Origin: an uncultured Candidatus Saccharibacteria bacterium
GTDB taxonomy: Bacteria > Patescibacteriota > WWE3 > UBA101185 > UBA10185
NCBI GenBank assembly: GCA_964510435.1
Contig: CAZEBU010000002.1
Location: 81,080 to 145,079, forward strand
Reading direction: 5' to 3'
Length of the DNA: 64,000 nt
Shown here: positions 8,495 through 17,059 of the stretch, one piece after another
Position numbering within the stretch: the stretch's first letter is position 1
Layout of the letters: every line of letters begins with the position of its first letter
Translations under genes and position numbers: made by a program
Notes under the pieces: generated by a model
What the model was told of the DNA's origin: nothing
The model's input: the letters and a program-made list of their open reading frames with translations, nothing else
The model's database searches: none

Positions 8495-9064
8495 CTACAC
8501 GCCAATTCCTAGTATGTAAACGGGAATATCTATATCTGAAACTCCTCTGGCATTTAAATCCCATACAAACTGTTCAAAATACGACACGCCAGTAGACATC
8601 TTTGCCGCCAACTCTTTCACAGGAACTATCTCAACTCCGGCATCAATATGCCCTAAGTTACTAAAAATGGTCATTTTAGCGCATACATTGTAAACCATAA
8701 AAGAATACTTACCGAATTGCACCTCAACACCTAGCTTATTTTTTATAAAGTCCATTTCCCTGTATGCATTATTAATTTTTATTGGAGAATACCCGTCTAT
8801 AAAGTATTCTGTCGGGTAATCGCATTTCTCTCTTATTCCATATTGCCACCCTTTAGATTTAAAGATTCTTTTAAACTCGTTATTCAATTTTCGTGGAGAG
8901 TACAGTGTCTTACCTGGCATAGTTTTTTCTTTGCTCTCCTTGCTAAAACTCTTTAAAGCATCGTTTAAACCGATTGCTTCTTCAATCTCTTTTAACTCTT
9001 GACTATAATTATTTTTTACATAATCCTCGCCATTAGCGAAGGAATACCTTCCAAATATTTTCAT
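8495..9064 (-). CDS. type II restriction endonuclease, BamHI/BglII/BstYI family
   Basis: 189 aa. IDGY...GVEVQFGKYSF...LGHIDAGVEIVPVKELAAK follows the BamHI pattern (D94 ... GMEFETGNIS ... LKHGEIDLAIILMPIKQLAYY). A Gln occupies the position of BamHI Glu113, as in BglII. Sits 2 nt downstream of a methyltransferase gene. Confidence 0.6.
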   Translation of the reverse strand: MKIFGRYSFANGEDYVKNNYSQELKEIEEAIGLNDALKSFSKESKEKTMPGKTLYSPRKLNNEFKRIFKSKGWQYGIREKCDYPTEYFIDGYSPIKINNAYREMDFIKNKLGVEVQFGKYSFMVYNVCAKMTIFSNLGHIDAGVEIVPVKELAAKMSTGVSYFEQFVWDLNARGVSDIDIPVYILGIGV

Positions 9065-9066
9065 CT

Positions 9067-10005
9067 TTATTTAATCCAACTTATTGGTACCTTCGATACC
9101 TTTTCTTTTCCTGTTGGTTTGTATACTGGTTTACCTAGAGGCCTTATTCTTAATTTTCCAGCTCTTAATTTAGCAATTCTCTTCTCGGCTAAGCTAACAT
9201 ATTTTGCTTCCATTTCCATACCTAATGCATCCCTATTATGCATAATAGCACCAATAACCGTGGAACCCACACCCATAAACGGGTCGTAAACCAAATCTCC
9301 TTCGTTTGTTAATGCTAGAACACATCTCTGAACCAATTCCACGGGAAATTGACAGGGATGACCAGTCTTTTCAGGATGATTGCTTTTTACATTAGGTATT
9401 TCCCAAATTTCCTTCTCCCAATCCCCACAAATTATCTCCCAAAAATCTGAAGGATTCTTTCCTCTTGGATTACCAGAAGGTTTACCTAAATTTTTACCTT
9501 TATAGGAAAGCTTTCCTGGGTACTTTGCAGGAACTCTTACATTATCAAGGTTGAACACATACTCTTTATTCTTATCATTTTTTGTGAACCATAATATTGT
9601 CTCGTACCTACCCGAAAACCTTTTACTAGCGTGGAGTCCGTGACCAAAATGCCAGATTATTCTATTCCTTAGATGAAATCCAACGTCTTTAAAAATATTA
9701 TAAAAATAAATATCTAAGGGAAAAACTTCGCCTTTTTTGATATAGTTTCCAACCTCCCATGCTAAACTGCCGCCGTCTCTTATTTTGGAGTAAATTGCTC
9801 GAGCAAAATCTTTATAAGGATGAAGGTACTTTTCAAAATCTTTTCTTTTCTCATATTCCTTTCCAATATTGTATGGTGGAGAGGTTATAAGTAATTGTAT
9901 GCTATCATCTTCCAATTTTTTTACATGTTTGAATGTATCAACTTGGAGAATATCGTATTTACCAAATTTTTTTTGCATGTTTAATCCCAACTTTGACTGT
10001 GCCAT
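9067..10005 (-). CDS. DNA methyltransferase, beta-class (SPPY motif IV before FxGxG motif I), probable N4-cytosine or N6-adenine type II MTase
   Basis: 312 aa; LLITSPPYNIGKEY (motif IV) followed later by DPFMGVGST (motif I). This order matches the N4C/N6A beta group that includes M.BamHI and M.PvuII. Confidence 0.85.
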   Translation of the reverse strand: MAQSKLGLNMQKKFGKYDILQVDTFKHVKKLEDDSIQLLITSPPYNIGKEYEKRKDFEKYLHPYKDFARAIYSKIRDGGSLAWEVGNYIKKGEVFPLDIYFYNIFKDVGFHLRNRIIWHFGHGLHASKRFSGRYETILWFTKNDKNKEYVFNLDNVRVPAKYPGKLSYKGKNLGKPSGNPRGKNPSDFWEIICGDWEKEIWEIPNVKSNHPEKTGHPCQFPVELVQRCVLALTNEGDLVYDPFMGVGSTVIGAIMHNRDALGMEMEAKYVSLAEKRIAKLRAGKLRIRPLGKPVYKPTGKEKVSKVPISWIK

Positions 10006-10151
10006 AAACCTATGTTATCACACACACAAAACTATCAATTATATACCGGGTCATTACTAAACAATGAGGTTGTGAATTTGTGATTTATATTTTCAAAAAA
10101 TAAGGAATACCAATACATTCATTATAGTTACTTTCTTGGTAGGAAGTTTCC

Positions 10152-11432
10152 CTAAAACGCATCCAATTCAGCAAAGGACGGATTATTGACAATTTCCTCT
10201 ACAGCATCGCTATCAAATTTTTCGTTCTGCCAAAAACCCCGAAGTTCCAAATCTTTTGTTGCAAGGGGGTATATCCATGCAGTAAACACTTTATCTGCTT
10301 TATCAATAAATATTATCCTTACCTCCACACCTCCAGCAAGAGAACCACTAAGTGGAAACGTGACAAATTTGCTTCTATAATAACTATTGTCAAAATTCTT
10401 CAAACCAGTAATTTCGGTTTCTAAACCAACTATAGCTAGATGTGACACGCCGTCATTACCCCCGTCAAGATAATTATCTAAGGCTTCTCTCAAGAAAGTC
10501 ACATACTCCAAGTCACTAATATTCTTTCTCCATTCTAAGTATTCTTCGTAATCGCCTATAGCTGGTTGTGGAAAGGTATCACCAGCATTATAAATATCTT
10601 CAATCTCTATTTTTGGTTGCTGTGCAGTTAACCCATTAGCTTCGCTAGGCTCAGTGTGCTCTTTAGCCCCGTTAGAATCATAAAACTTAAGGTCAGTCGG
10701 AAGATTGAATTTATTAGGCTCATAGGTAGTAATTTCTAGCAATATTGATATGCCTGTGACTAAAGTGACAAGTACTAAAGATACTTCTAAAAATCTTAGA
10801 ATTTTTCTTCTTCCCCAGAAATTATTAAAAAACTTGAATGCTAATATAAACAAAGTAAACGATGCCAGTAATAACGGTAATATTTCTTCAGGAATACTTG
10901 GTTTGGGTGAGTACCCTATAAAAGCACCTATAATTGCGTATAAAATCAGTAAAAAGAGAAGTAAAACTAACCAAAATAATACCTTGACTATTTCGTCGGT
11001 TTTCCTATAGGAGAAAGCCAGACGCGTATATATTTTCTGTATTAATTCCTTAGTATATCTAAAACCATACAACTTAATTAATAATATTGTTCCTATTAAA
11101 AATGTTATCATTCTCCAAATATTATCTGAGAACCAAGCGCTATCTGAGAATTTAAACTCTGCAATCGGATTTATAACCACAATTAACAATATATAAACTC
11201 TTACCCAAGTCATGTTTTTACTCTGATATTCTTTATATGCAAGGTAGATTAGTGATAAGAAAATAATTATCTTGAAGTTATAGAATGTATTACTATTTGA
11301 AAGGTAACTAGGCTGTGTGGCCAACAACCAAATAAATAAAAATAACAAAACTAGTGGTAAACTTTTCAGTATAACCGAGTCAGACTTTATCATTGATAGT
11401 ATTTTCTTATTGTAAGACTCTTTTAGTTCCAT
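10152..11432 (-). CDS. hypothetical polytopic membrane protein with C-terminal soluble domain
   Basis: 426 aa; about 7 hydrophobic helices in the first ~240 aa, then an acidic soluble domain. No family recognised. Confidence 0.55.
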   Translation of the reverse strand: MELKESYNKKILSMIKSDSVILKSLPLVLLFLFIWLLATQPSYLSNSNTFYNFKIIIFLSLIYLAYKEYQSKNMTWVRVYILLIVVINPIAEFKFSDSAWFSDNIWRMITFLIGTILLIKLYGFRYTKELIQKIYTRLAFSYRKTDEIVKVLFWLVLLLFLLILYAIIGAFIGYSPKPSIPEEILPLLLASFTLFILAFKFFNNFWGRRKILRFLEVSLVLVTLVTGISILLEITTYEPNKFNLPTDLKFYDSNGAKEHTEPSEANGLTAQQPKIEIEDIYNAGDTFPQPAIGDYEEYLEWRKNISDLEYVTFLREALDNYLDGGNDGVSHLAIVGLETEITGLKNFDNSYYRSKFVTFPLSGSLAGGVEVRIIFIDKADKVFTAWIYPLATKDLELRGFWQNEKFDSDAVEEIVNNPSFAELDAF

Positions 11433-11685
11433 GGTATCCCAAACTGATTATTTTACTTATCTCTCTAATTAATCCTTATCTTTTTTACCTACTGCTCTTC
11501 GGAGTTCCTTTTTAGCAAGTGGAAAACTTATTATTCTTGATATTTTGTACTTTACTTCGAAATATTAACCACTTTTTTCAAGAAAAAATACAAATCCTTC
11601 CCACAAAATCATTTTACATCATAAACTATATGTTTACTTCCACACTGTAAGGTATAGAAATAAACTCAATTAGGCTGCTCTTTCC

Positions 11686-12153
11686 GTGGGGAGCGCAGAT
11701 ATCAAGCTTTTGGAAGATCTCGCAGCAGGTACCAATCCGGAAAACCTCGTAGACGAGCTGCCCGGACCGTCCTTTAGTGGGCTCCATCCCAATTGGACAG
11801 AAGATTATCCGCTAAAAATCTATAATAACGCTACGGGTCATATTCAACTAACCTCCAACGCCGACTATGAAACTATCAATGATCCGGATGATTTAAGACA
11901 AATAATCTATGTTGAACCCATTAATTGGAGTGATACAGATAACAATGGCTTGGTCGAAGAAGGAGAACTCGGTTCTTCTTTTGGCAGGAAGACCATCATC
12001 AAGTGGAAAACAGAAGGTTTTGACCTAAGCTCTATGAGCTCGGGTTCGGTGAAGGGAATGGTTTTAAGATTCTCCACGGATAATGTGTCGGACACAAAAC
12101 AGGGAAAGAGCGCTATTTTCGATTTCGTATTCGACTCTCTAGGACTGGAATAA
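11686..12153 (+). CDS. hypothetical protein
   Basis: 155 aa with a GTG start; an in-frame stop lies 5 codons upstream. Acidic, no recognisable motif. Confidence 0.4.
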   Translation: MGSADIKLLEDLAAGTNPENLVDELPGPSFSGLHPNWTEDYPLKIYNNATGHIQLTSNADYETINDPDDLRQIIYVEPINWSDTDNNGLVEEGELGSSFGRKTIIKWKTEGFDLSSMSSGSVKGMVLRFSTDNVSDTKQGKSAIFDFVFDSLGLE

Positions 12154-12160
12154 ACGTTTA

Positions 12161-12190
12161 GAAGCCTCACCCGGGAGAGGCTTCTATTCT
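12161..12190 (+). terminator. stem-loop downstream of ORF 11686-12153
   Basis: gaagcctc-acccggga-gaggcttc is a perfect 8-bp stem, followed by a weak U-tract (tattctgtc). Confidence 0.4.
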
Positions 12191-12224
12191 GTCAAAAAAC
12201 CTGATTTTCTGCTATCCTGAATTT

Positions 12225-14798
12225 GTGCTGATACTGCCCAAATTGATCTATAACTTTATCTATTGGTGGATCTATGAGATACCAAGAAACACTTTTAATG
12301 TTCTTAAAAAGATCACCTATTTTGTAAACAACGAATTTTCTTTTACCTTAAACATCAAACTTATTTTCACACCTCTCTACGGCGACAACACAATCATAGG
12401 CAGGGTAATTGGTTTTATCTTAAGAATAATTTTTATAGTTGTCGGATTTTTCTTTGTAGGATTTCTAGCCTTAGCTTCTGTGATCTTACCAACCTCTTGG
12501 TATCTCCTACCACTTATCATGTTCTATTATCTTGGCTTTTGGTCCCTACCTATCGTCGCAGCTATGTTTTTATACCATATCTACATCACCATTGATCAAC
12601 CTGATAAAAGAGTGGAAAATGTGGATGAAGAAAACAAGTTATTTTCTTTTAGGCCTCAAGTAAAGGAAATAATTAGGAAAATAAAGAAAAACCCCTCACA
12701 GGCTATAGCAAGTTTTATGAAATCTCCCGAAATTAACTCCTTGTTGGAAAAAGCAGAACTTACCGATATCAATTTCCCTGCAAAAATCGGCCAAGTAGAG
12801 AAACTCTCCACTAAAAAAGTAGAGGTTTCATCCTTTGTCTACGGCAAAAAGAACAGATCCAGATATGTAGAAAAAGAGCATTTACTTCTCGGTTTGCTTT
12901 CCTCCATTCCCGGTATAGATAATATCCTTTCGGAATTTGGCATTGAACTTAAAACTATTGAAGAAACCGCTTTGTGGATTGTCGGGAAAAGAGAGGATGA
13001 ATCCAAGCTCTACTTCTGGCAGGAAGATTACGAAACATCAACCATATCAGGTTTCGGTCATGGCCTCATCGGCAGAGTTACGCCCCATCTTGATGCAATT
13101 TCAGTTGATTATACTAAAATGGCTAAGAAAGGCCGGCTTAAAAACATTATTGGCAGGGAAGACGAAATTAAGAAAATTGCTCAATTGCTTGGCGGTTCTA
13201 GAGAAAATGTCTTACTGATCGGAGAACCCGGATGTGGAAAAACCTCTATCGTTATGGGCATGGCGCACAGAATTATGCATGGGACAAAATACAAAACTTT
13301 GCAAAACAAAAGGATCGTTAACTTACAAACCGGAAGCCTGATTGCGGGGTCAAAAACAACCGGTGAAATTGCCGAAAAACTAAAAGACGCACTTGATGAT
13401 GCTATCGGTTCTGGAGATATTATCCTCTTTATTGACGAGATTCATGCACTAGTTGGTTCTGTTAACGAAGGAGAGGGTTACTCCACAATATTCTCTATCT
13501 TAGAACCTCATTTATCCTCAAATCAGCTGCAGTTTATAGGGGCTACAAGCATAGAAAACTATCGTAAGTATATTGAATCCATAGGTTCTTTTTCAAGACT
13601 ATTTGAAATTGTAGAAATCCCTGAATCCAACCAAGAAGATACCTTGGAAATACTTAAATACATAGCTGATCTGCAAGAAGTTACTTTTGGTGTCAGAATA
13701 ACCATGCCTGCACTCTTAACAATTTTAAAACTCTCAGGAAAACTAATTCATAACCGAGTCCTTCCCGATAAAGCCATAGATGTGCTCATCAGATCCGTAG
13801 CCTTAGTCAATGATTCAACTAGGGTAGTCACTTCTAAAGTTGTGGAACAAGAAATATCCGAAATGACGCATATTCCCGTTACGGCAGTTACAGAAGAGGA
13901 GTCAGAAAAGCTTCTTAACATCTATAGAGAGATGAAAAAGTATGTGGTAGGACAAGATCACGCTCTAGAAAAAATCTCCTCAGCTTTAAAAAGAGCCAGA
14001 GTGGGAATAAGAGATGAGAAAAAGCCTATCGCCAGCTTTTTGTTTGTAGGTACAACAGGCGTAGGAAAAACAGAAACAGCAAAAACTCTCGGTAAGGTTT
14101 ATTTTGGAGATGAAACTAATATGATCCGCTTGGATATGAGTGAATATCAACACGTTGACAGCATCGAAAAATTAATTGGTTCCTCAGACGGAAAAACAAG
14201 AGGTCTGCTGACAGAGGCAGTTCGGTCAAAACCTTTTGCCGTGATACTTTTAGACGAAATTGAAAAGGCGCACCATAAAATTTTGCTTACCTTCCTGCAG
14301 GTATTGGACGACGCCCGCTTAACTGACTCCACAGGAAGAACAGTTGACTTCACCAACACAATTATTATTGCCACCAGCAACGTTGGGACAAAGCAAATTC
14401 AAAGCATTACTGAAAAAAGTGGGTCATACGAGGAAATCGAGATCGTCGCCTTAAAAGCGGTAAGAGAAAACTTCGCACCGGAGTTTCTTAATAGATTTAC
14501 GGATATTATTGTCTATAAACCCCTAGATCTAGAACACGTTCGAAAAATTGCCCGCATTTTACTATATGACGTGAAAGGGCGTACTCAAGAGCAAAACGTC
14601 AAGATTTCCTTCTCAGAGGAATTGATCGATGAATTAGTTAAAAGAGGCTACAATCCACAGTGGGGTGCCCGACCTATGGCCAGGGTAATAGAAGATTCCG
14701 TGGAAACTCATATAGCCGAGAAGCTTCTTACCAAGGAGATAAAGAGGGGGGACGTCGTCAAACTTGGCATAGAAGTGTTTGATGAGCGTCCCCATTAA
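12225..14798 (+). CDS. ClpA/ClpB-like double-AAA+ ATPase with N-terminal transmembrane segment
   Basis: 857 aa. NBD1 Walker A is GEPGCGKTS with Walker B ILFIDEIH; NBD2 Walker A is GTTGVGKTE with Walker B ILLDEIE and a sensor region. There is a single Clp_N-like repeat (EHLLLGLLSS). The first ~130 aa hold 3-4 hydrophobic helices. No long M-domain and no IGF/IGL ClpP-docking loop. Confidence 0.85.
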   Translation: MLILPKLIYNFIYWWIYEIPRNTFNVLKKITYFVNNEFSFTLNIKLIFTPLYGDNTIIGRVIGFILRIIFIVVGFFFVGFLALASVILPTSWYLLPLIMFYYLGFWSLPIVAAMFLYHIYITIDQPDKRVENVDEENKLFSFRPQVKEIIRKIKKNPSQAIASFMKSPEINSLLEKAELTDINFPAKIGQVEKLSTKKVEVSSFVYGKKNRSRYVEKEHLLLGLLSSIPGIDNILSEFGIELKTIEETALWIVGKREDESKLYFWQEDYETSTISGFGHGLIGRVTPHLDAISVDYTKMAKKGRLKNIIGREDEIKKIAQLLGGSRENVLLIGEPGCGKTSIVMGMAHRIMHGTKYKTLQNKRIVNLQTGSLIAGSKTTGEIAEKLKDALDDAIGSGDIILFIDEIHALVGSVNEGEGYSTIFSILEPHLSSNQLQFIGATSIENYRKYIESIGSFSRLFEIVEIPESNQEDTLEILKYIADLQEVTFGVRITMPALLTILKLSGKLIHNRVLPDKAIDVLIRSVALVNDSTRVVTSKVVEQEISEMTHIPVTAVTEEESEKLLNIYREMKKYVVGQDHALEKISSALKRARVGIRDEKKPIASFLFVGTTGVGKTETAKTLGKVYFGDETNMIRLDMSEYQHVDSIEKLIGSSDGKTRGLLTEAVRSKPFAVILLDEIEKAHHKILLTFLQVLDDARLTDSTGRTVDFTNTIIIATSNVGTKQIQSITEKSGSYEEIEIVALKAVRENFAPEFLNRFTDIIVYKPLDLEHVRKIARILLYDVKGRTQEQNVKISFSEELIDELVKRGYNPQWGARPMARVIEDSVETHIAEKLLTKEIKRGDVVKLGIEVFDERPH

Positions 14799-14812
14799 CC
14801 GGGTTAAAGAAA

Positions 14813-15037
14813 TCAACGGCTTAAGTAGTACAAATAGGTTGTGATCAACGCCACTCCGGTAACCATTGAAGAGTAACCAAGAAAAAGCAGATCATTCACC
14901 CTTTGCTGGTACGGATGGCCATTCCCTGCTCTGGAGAGGAGAATCCTACTTTTCCTAACCCAGCCAACCCGAATACACACCGCACCTGCAATAAACAGAA
15001 AAGCGCCTATCACCAATAGATTTGGGCATGTCCTCAT
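14813..15037 (-). CDS. small two-TM membrane protein (hypothetical)
   Basis: 74-aa ORF with two hydrophobic helices. Confidence 0.3.
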   Translation of the reverse strand: MRTCPNLLVIGAFLFIAGAVCIRVGWVRKSRILLSRAGNGHPYQQRVNDLLFLGYSSMVTGVALITTYLYYLSR

Positions 15038-15087
15038 GCTCTACTCCTTTTAATATCATTGTTTATTGATGTTATACTACAAAAGTT

Positions 15088-16089
15088 GTGAAAGAGCAAA
15101 AAGAAAGACTGGAAAATCTAAGGAAAAACCTCTTCATCGAAGGGAAAAAAGCGAAGATAGTCAAACTCGAAGAAAGCCTTAACGATGAATCCTTATGGGA
15201 TGATTGGGAAAAAGGTCAAAAGGTATCTCAAGACCATGCAGACTTAAAAAAGGATGTGGAAGATTTCCAAATGCTGGAACTAATGCTAGAGGAAAACGAC
15301 CTGGAAAGCTTTGAAAAGGAAGTAGGAAAACTTGAGCTAAAGACTTTTCTATCAGGAAAACACGATAAAGGAAACGCCATAATAAGCATCCATGCCGGCC
15401 AGGGGGGAACAGAAGCCATGGATTGGGTGGAAATGCTGCTAAGAATGTATTTGAGATATTGTGAGCGGAAAAAATGGCTGACCACTGTTCTTTCTGAAAT
15501 ATCAGGGGAAGAAGCCGGATTAAAAAGTGTGGTTTTTGAAGTGAAAGGGAAATATTGCTATGGCTTTCTTAAAAAGGAAAGCGGAGTACACAGGCTAGTG
15601 AGACAGTCTCCCTTTAACGCAGATAATTTAAGACAAACTTCCTTTGCCTTGGTAGAAGTTATTCCCATGATCGATGATTCAATAGAGGTAGATATAAAAG
15701 ATGAGGACATAGAATTTACATCTTTTCGAGCCAGCGGTAAAGGCGGTCAAAATGTTAACAAGGTATCCACTGCAGTGAGAATCAAACATCTGCCTACCGG
15801 TATTGTGGTAGAAAACCAAACCGAAAGACACCAAGCCAAAAATAGAGAAAAAGCTATGAAAACATTAAGATCAAAATTGTACACACTAGAGAGGGAAAGA
15901 ACCGAAGCCGAAAAGAAAGATCTCAAAGGGGAATACAAAACTCCCGGGTGGGGAAATCAAATTAGAAACTATGTATTACACCCGTACAAACTGGTTAAGG
16001 ACTTAAGAACAAATGTGGAACATACAAATCCGGAAGATGTCTTAGACGGCGATCTAGATCTCTTCATCGACTCACAAATTCAATTGTAA
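15088..16089 (+). CDS. prfB: peptide chain release factor 2
   Basis: 333 aa; SPF tripeptide (RQSPFNAD) and GGQ motif ([26 protein letters not shown]). GTG start. The N-terminal region is one continuous frame (LRKNLFIEG) with no CUU-UGA shift site. Confidence 0.9.
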   Translation: MKEQKERLENLRKNLFIEGKKAKIVKLEESLNDESLWDDWEKGQKVSQDHADLKKDVEDFQMLELMLEENDLESFEKEVGKLELKTFLSGKHDKGNAIISIHAGQGGTEAMDWVEMLLRMYLRYCERKKWLTTVLSEISGEEAGLKSVVFEVKGKYCYGFLKKESGVHRLVRQSPFNADNLRQTSFALVEVIPMIDDSIEVDIKDEDIEFTSFRASGKGGQNVNKVSTAVRIKHLPTGIVVENQTERHQAKNREKAMKTLRSKLYTLERERTEAEKKDLKGEYKTPGWGNQIRNYVLHPYKLVKDLRTNVEHTNPEDVLDGDLDLFIDSQIQL

Positions 16090-16317
16090 ACCTTGATTTT
16101 TCAGTATTAATAAGAGAACTACGGCAAAAATAATAAAAACGGCTGTTTTTACCAAATCGGTTTTGATGTATTTAATGTGTAGTTGGTGGGTGGCCTTTTT
16201 AGACATAGATTTAGCAACTACTGTGTTACTCCTAAATCCACTTCTTACCTGTGCTCTAAGCAGCTCCTTTTTTCTTCTTTGGCTTTTTGATTTTTTAGTA
16301 GATTTCCTCTTAGACAT
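16072..16317 (-). CDS. small tail-anchored membrane protein (hypothetical)
   Basis: 81 aa; a very basic N-terminus ([17 protein letters not shown]) and a C-terminal TM helix. Confidence 0.35.
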   Translation of the reverse strand: MSKRKSTKKSKSQRRKKELLRAQVRSGFRSNTVVAKSMSKKATHQLHIKYIKTDLVKTAVFIIFAVVLLLILKNQGLQLNL

Positions 16318-16340
16318 ACTGATATATTAACAGCAAATGA

Positions 16341-17036
16341 TTACTCAGAGGGTGTGGTTTCTTTGACTTCTTCGTTATCAATATTGTATTCCCTTTCCGG
16401 CCGGTAAATAATATTAAAGATTTTTTCCGTTTCTTTATTTAATCTATTAACAGCCTTTATACTGATGGTATTTATTCCTTCCCTTAACTTAACCGAGGTT
16501 AAAAAACTGCCGTCAGGATTGGCAATAATTTGTTGATTATTAATAAAAACGTCAGAATCCAAATCCACCTGTCCAGTAATATCCATCACGTCATTAATTA
16601 ATACCTGGTTGTCTTCCGGGTGGAAAATGTTCAGATTAGGTTCATCCGTATATTGTCTATATTGGAAAAAAAGGTAAATAAAAAAACTAAGTATCAATAA
16701 GGAAACAAAACTTATAATTAGTAGGGTGGGTGTAATAATGAATTTTTCCGGTTCCAGCTGCCTAAATTTTTTGTATTTCTCCTCTAATTTATCTTCGAAG
16801 GTGGGTTCGTACTCCCTACGCCATAAAGCTAGTATTTCCTCGGTATCCATGTCCAGAAATTCTGTGTATATTTTTAAAAAACCGGTAGAATGCACTTTTC
16901 CATCAAAAATTGAGTAGTCATCGTTTTCCAAAGCCTTAATGTATTTTTTATGTATCTTTATCAGTCTGTGAACATCCTCAATAGTATGATTCTTCTTTTG
17001 TCTGCTTGTCTTTAGCATTCGCCCAATACTCTTCAT
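16341..17036 (-). CDS. rodZ: RodZ-like protein (N-terminal HTH, TM helix, C-terminal domain)
   Basis: 231 aa; an N-terminal XRE-like HTH (RMLKTSRQKKNHTIEDVHRLIKIHKKYIKALEND), a single TM helix and a C-terminal beta-rich domain, matching RodZ architecture. Confidence 0.55.
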   Translation of the reverse strand: MKSIGRMLKTSRQKKNHTIEDVHRLIKIHKKYIKALENDDYSIFDGKVHSTGFLKIYTEFLDMDTEEILALWRREYEPTFEDKLEEKYKKFRQLEPEKFIITPTLLIISFVSLLILSFFIYLFFQYRQYTDEPNLNIFHPEDNQVLINDVMDITGQVDLDSDVFINNQQIIANPDGSFLTSVKLREGINTISIKAVNRLNKETEKIFNIIYRPEREYNIDNEEVKETTPSE

Positions 17037-17059
17037 ATTTTATTTTTTTTAAAGTAAAT

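Noticed and set aside
9067-10005. Inferring the restriction-modification specificity from depletion of GGATCC or AGATCT
   Set aside because: GGATCC occurs about 10 times in 64 kb, close to the composition-based expectation. The self-methylated site need not be avoided, so this is uninformative.
15040-15130. Programmed +1 frameshift site in prfB
   Set aside because: No CTT-TGA motif. The frame is continuous from a GTG start preceded by an in-frame stop 7 codons upstream.
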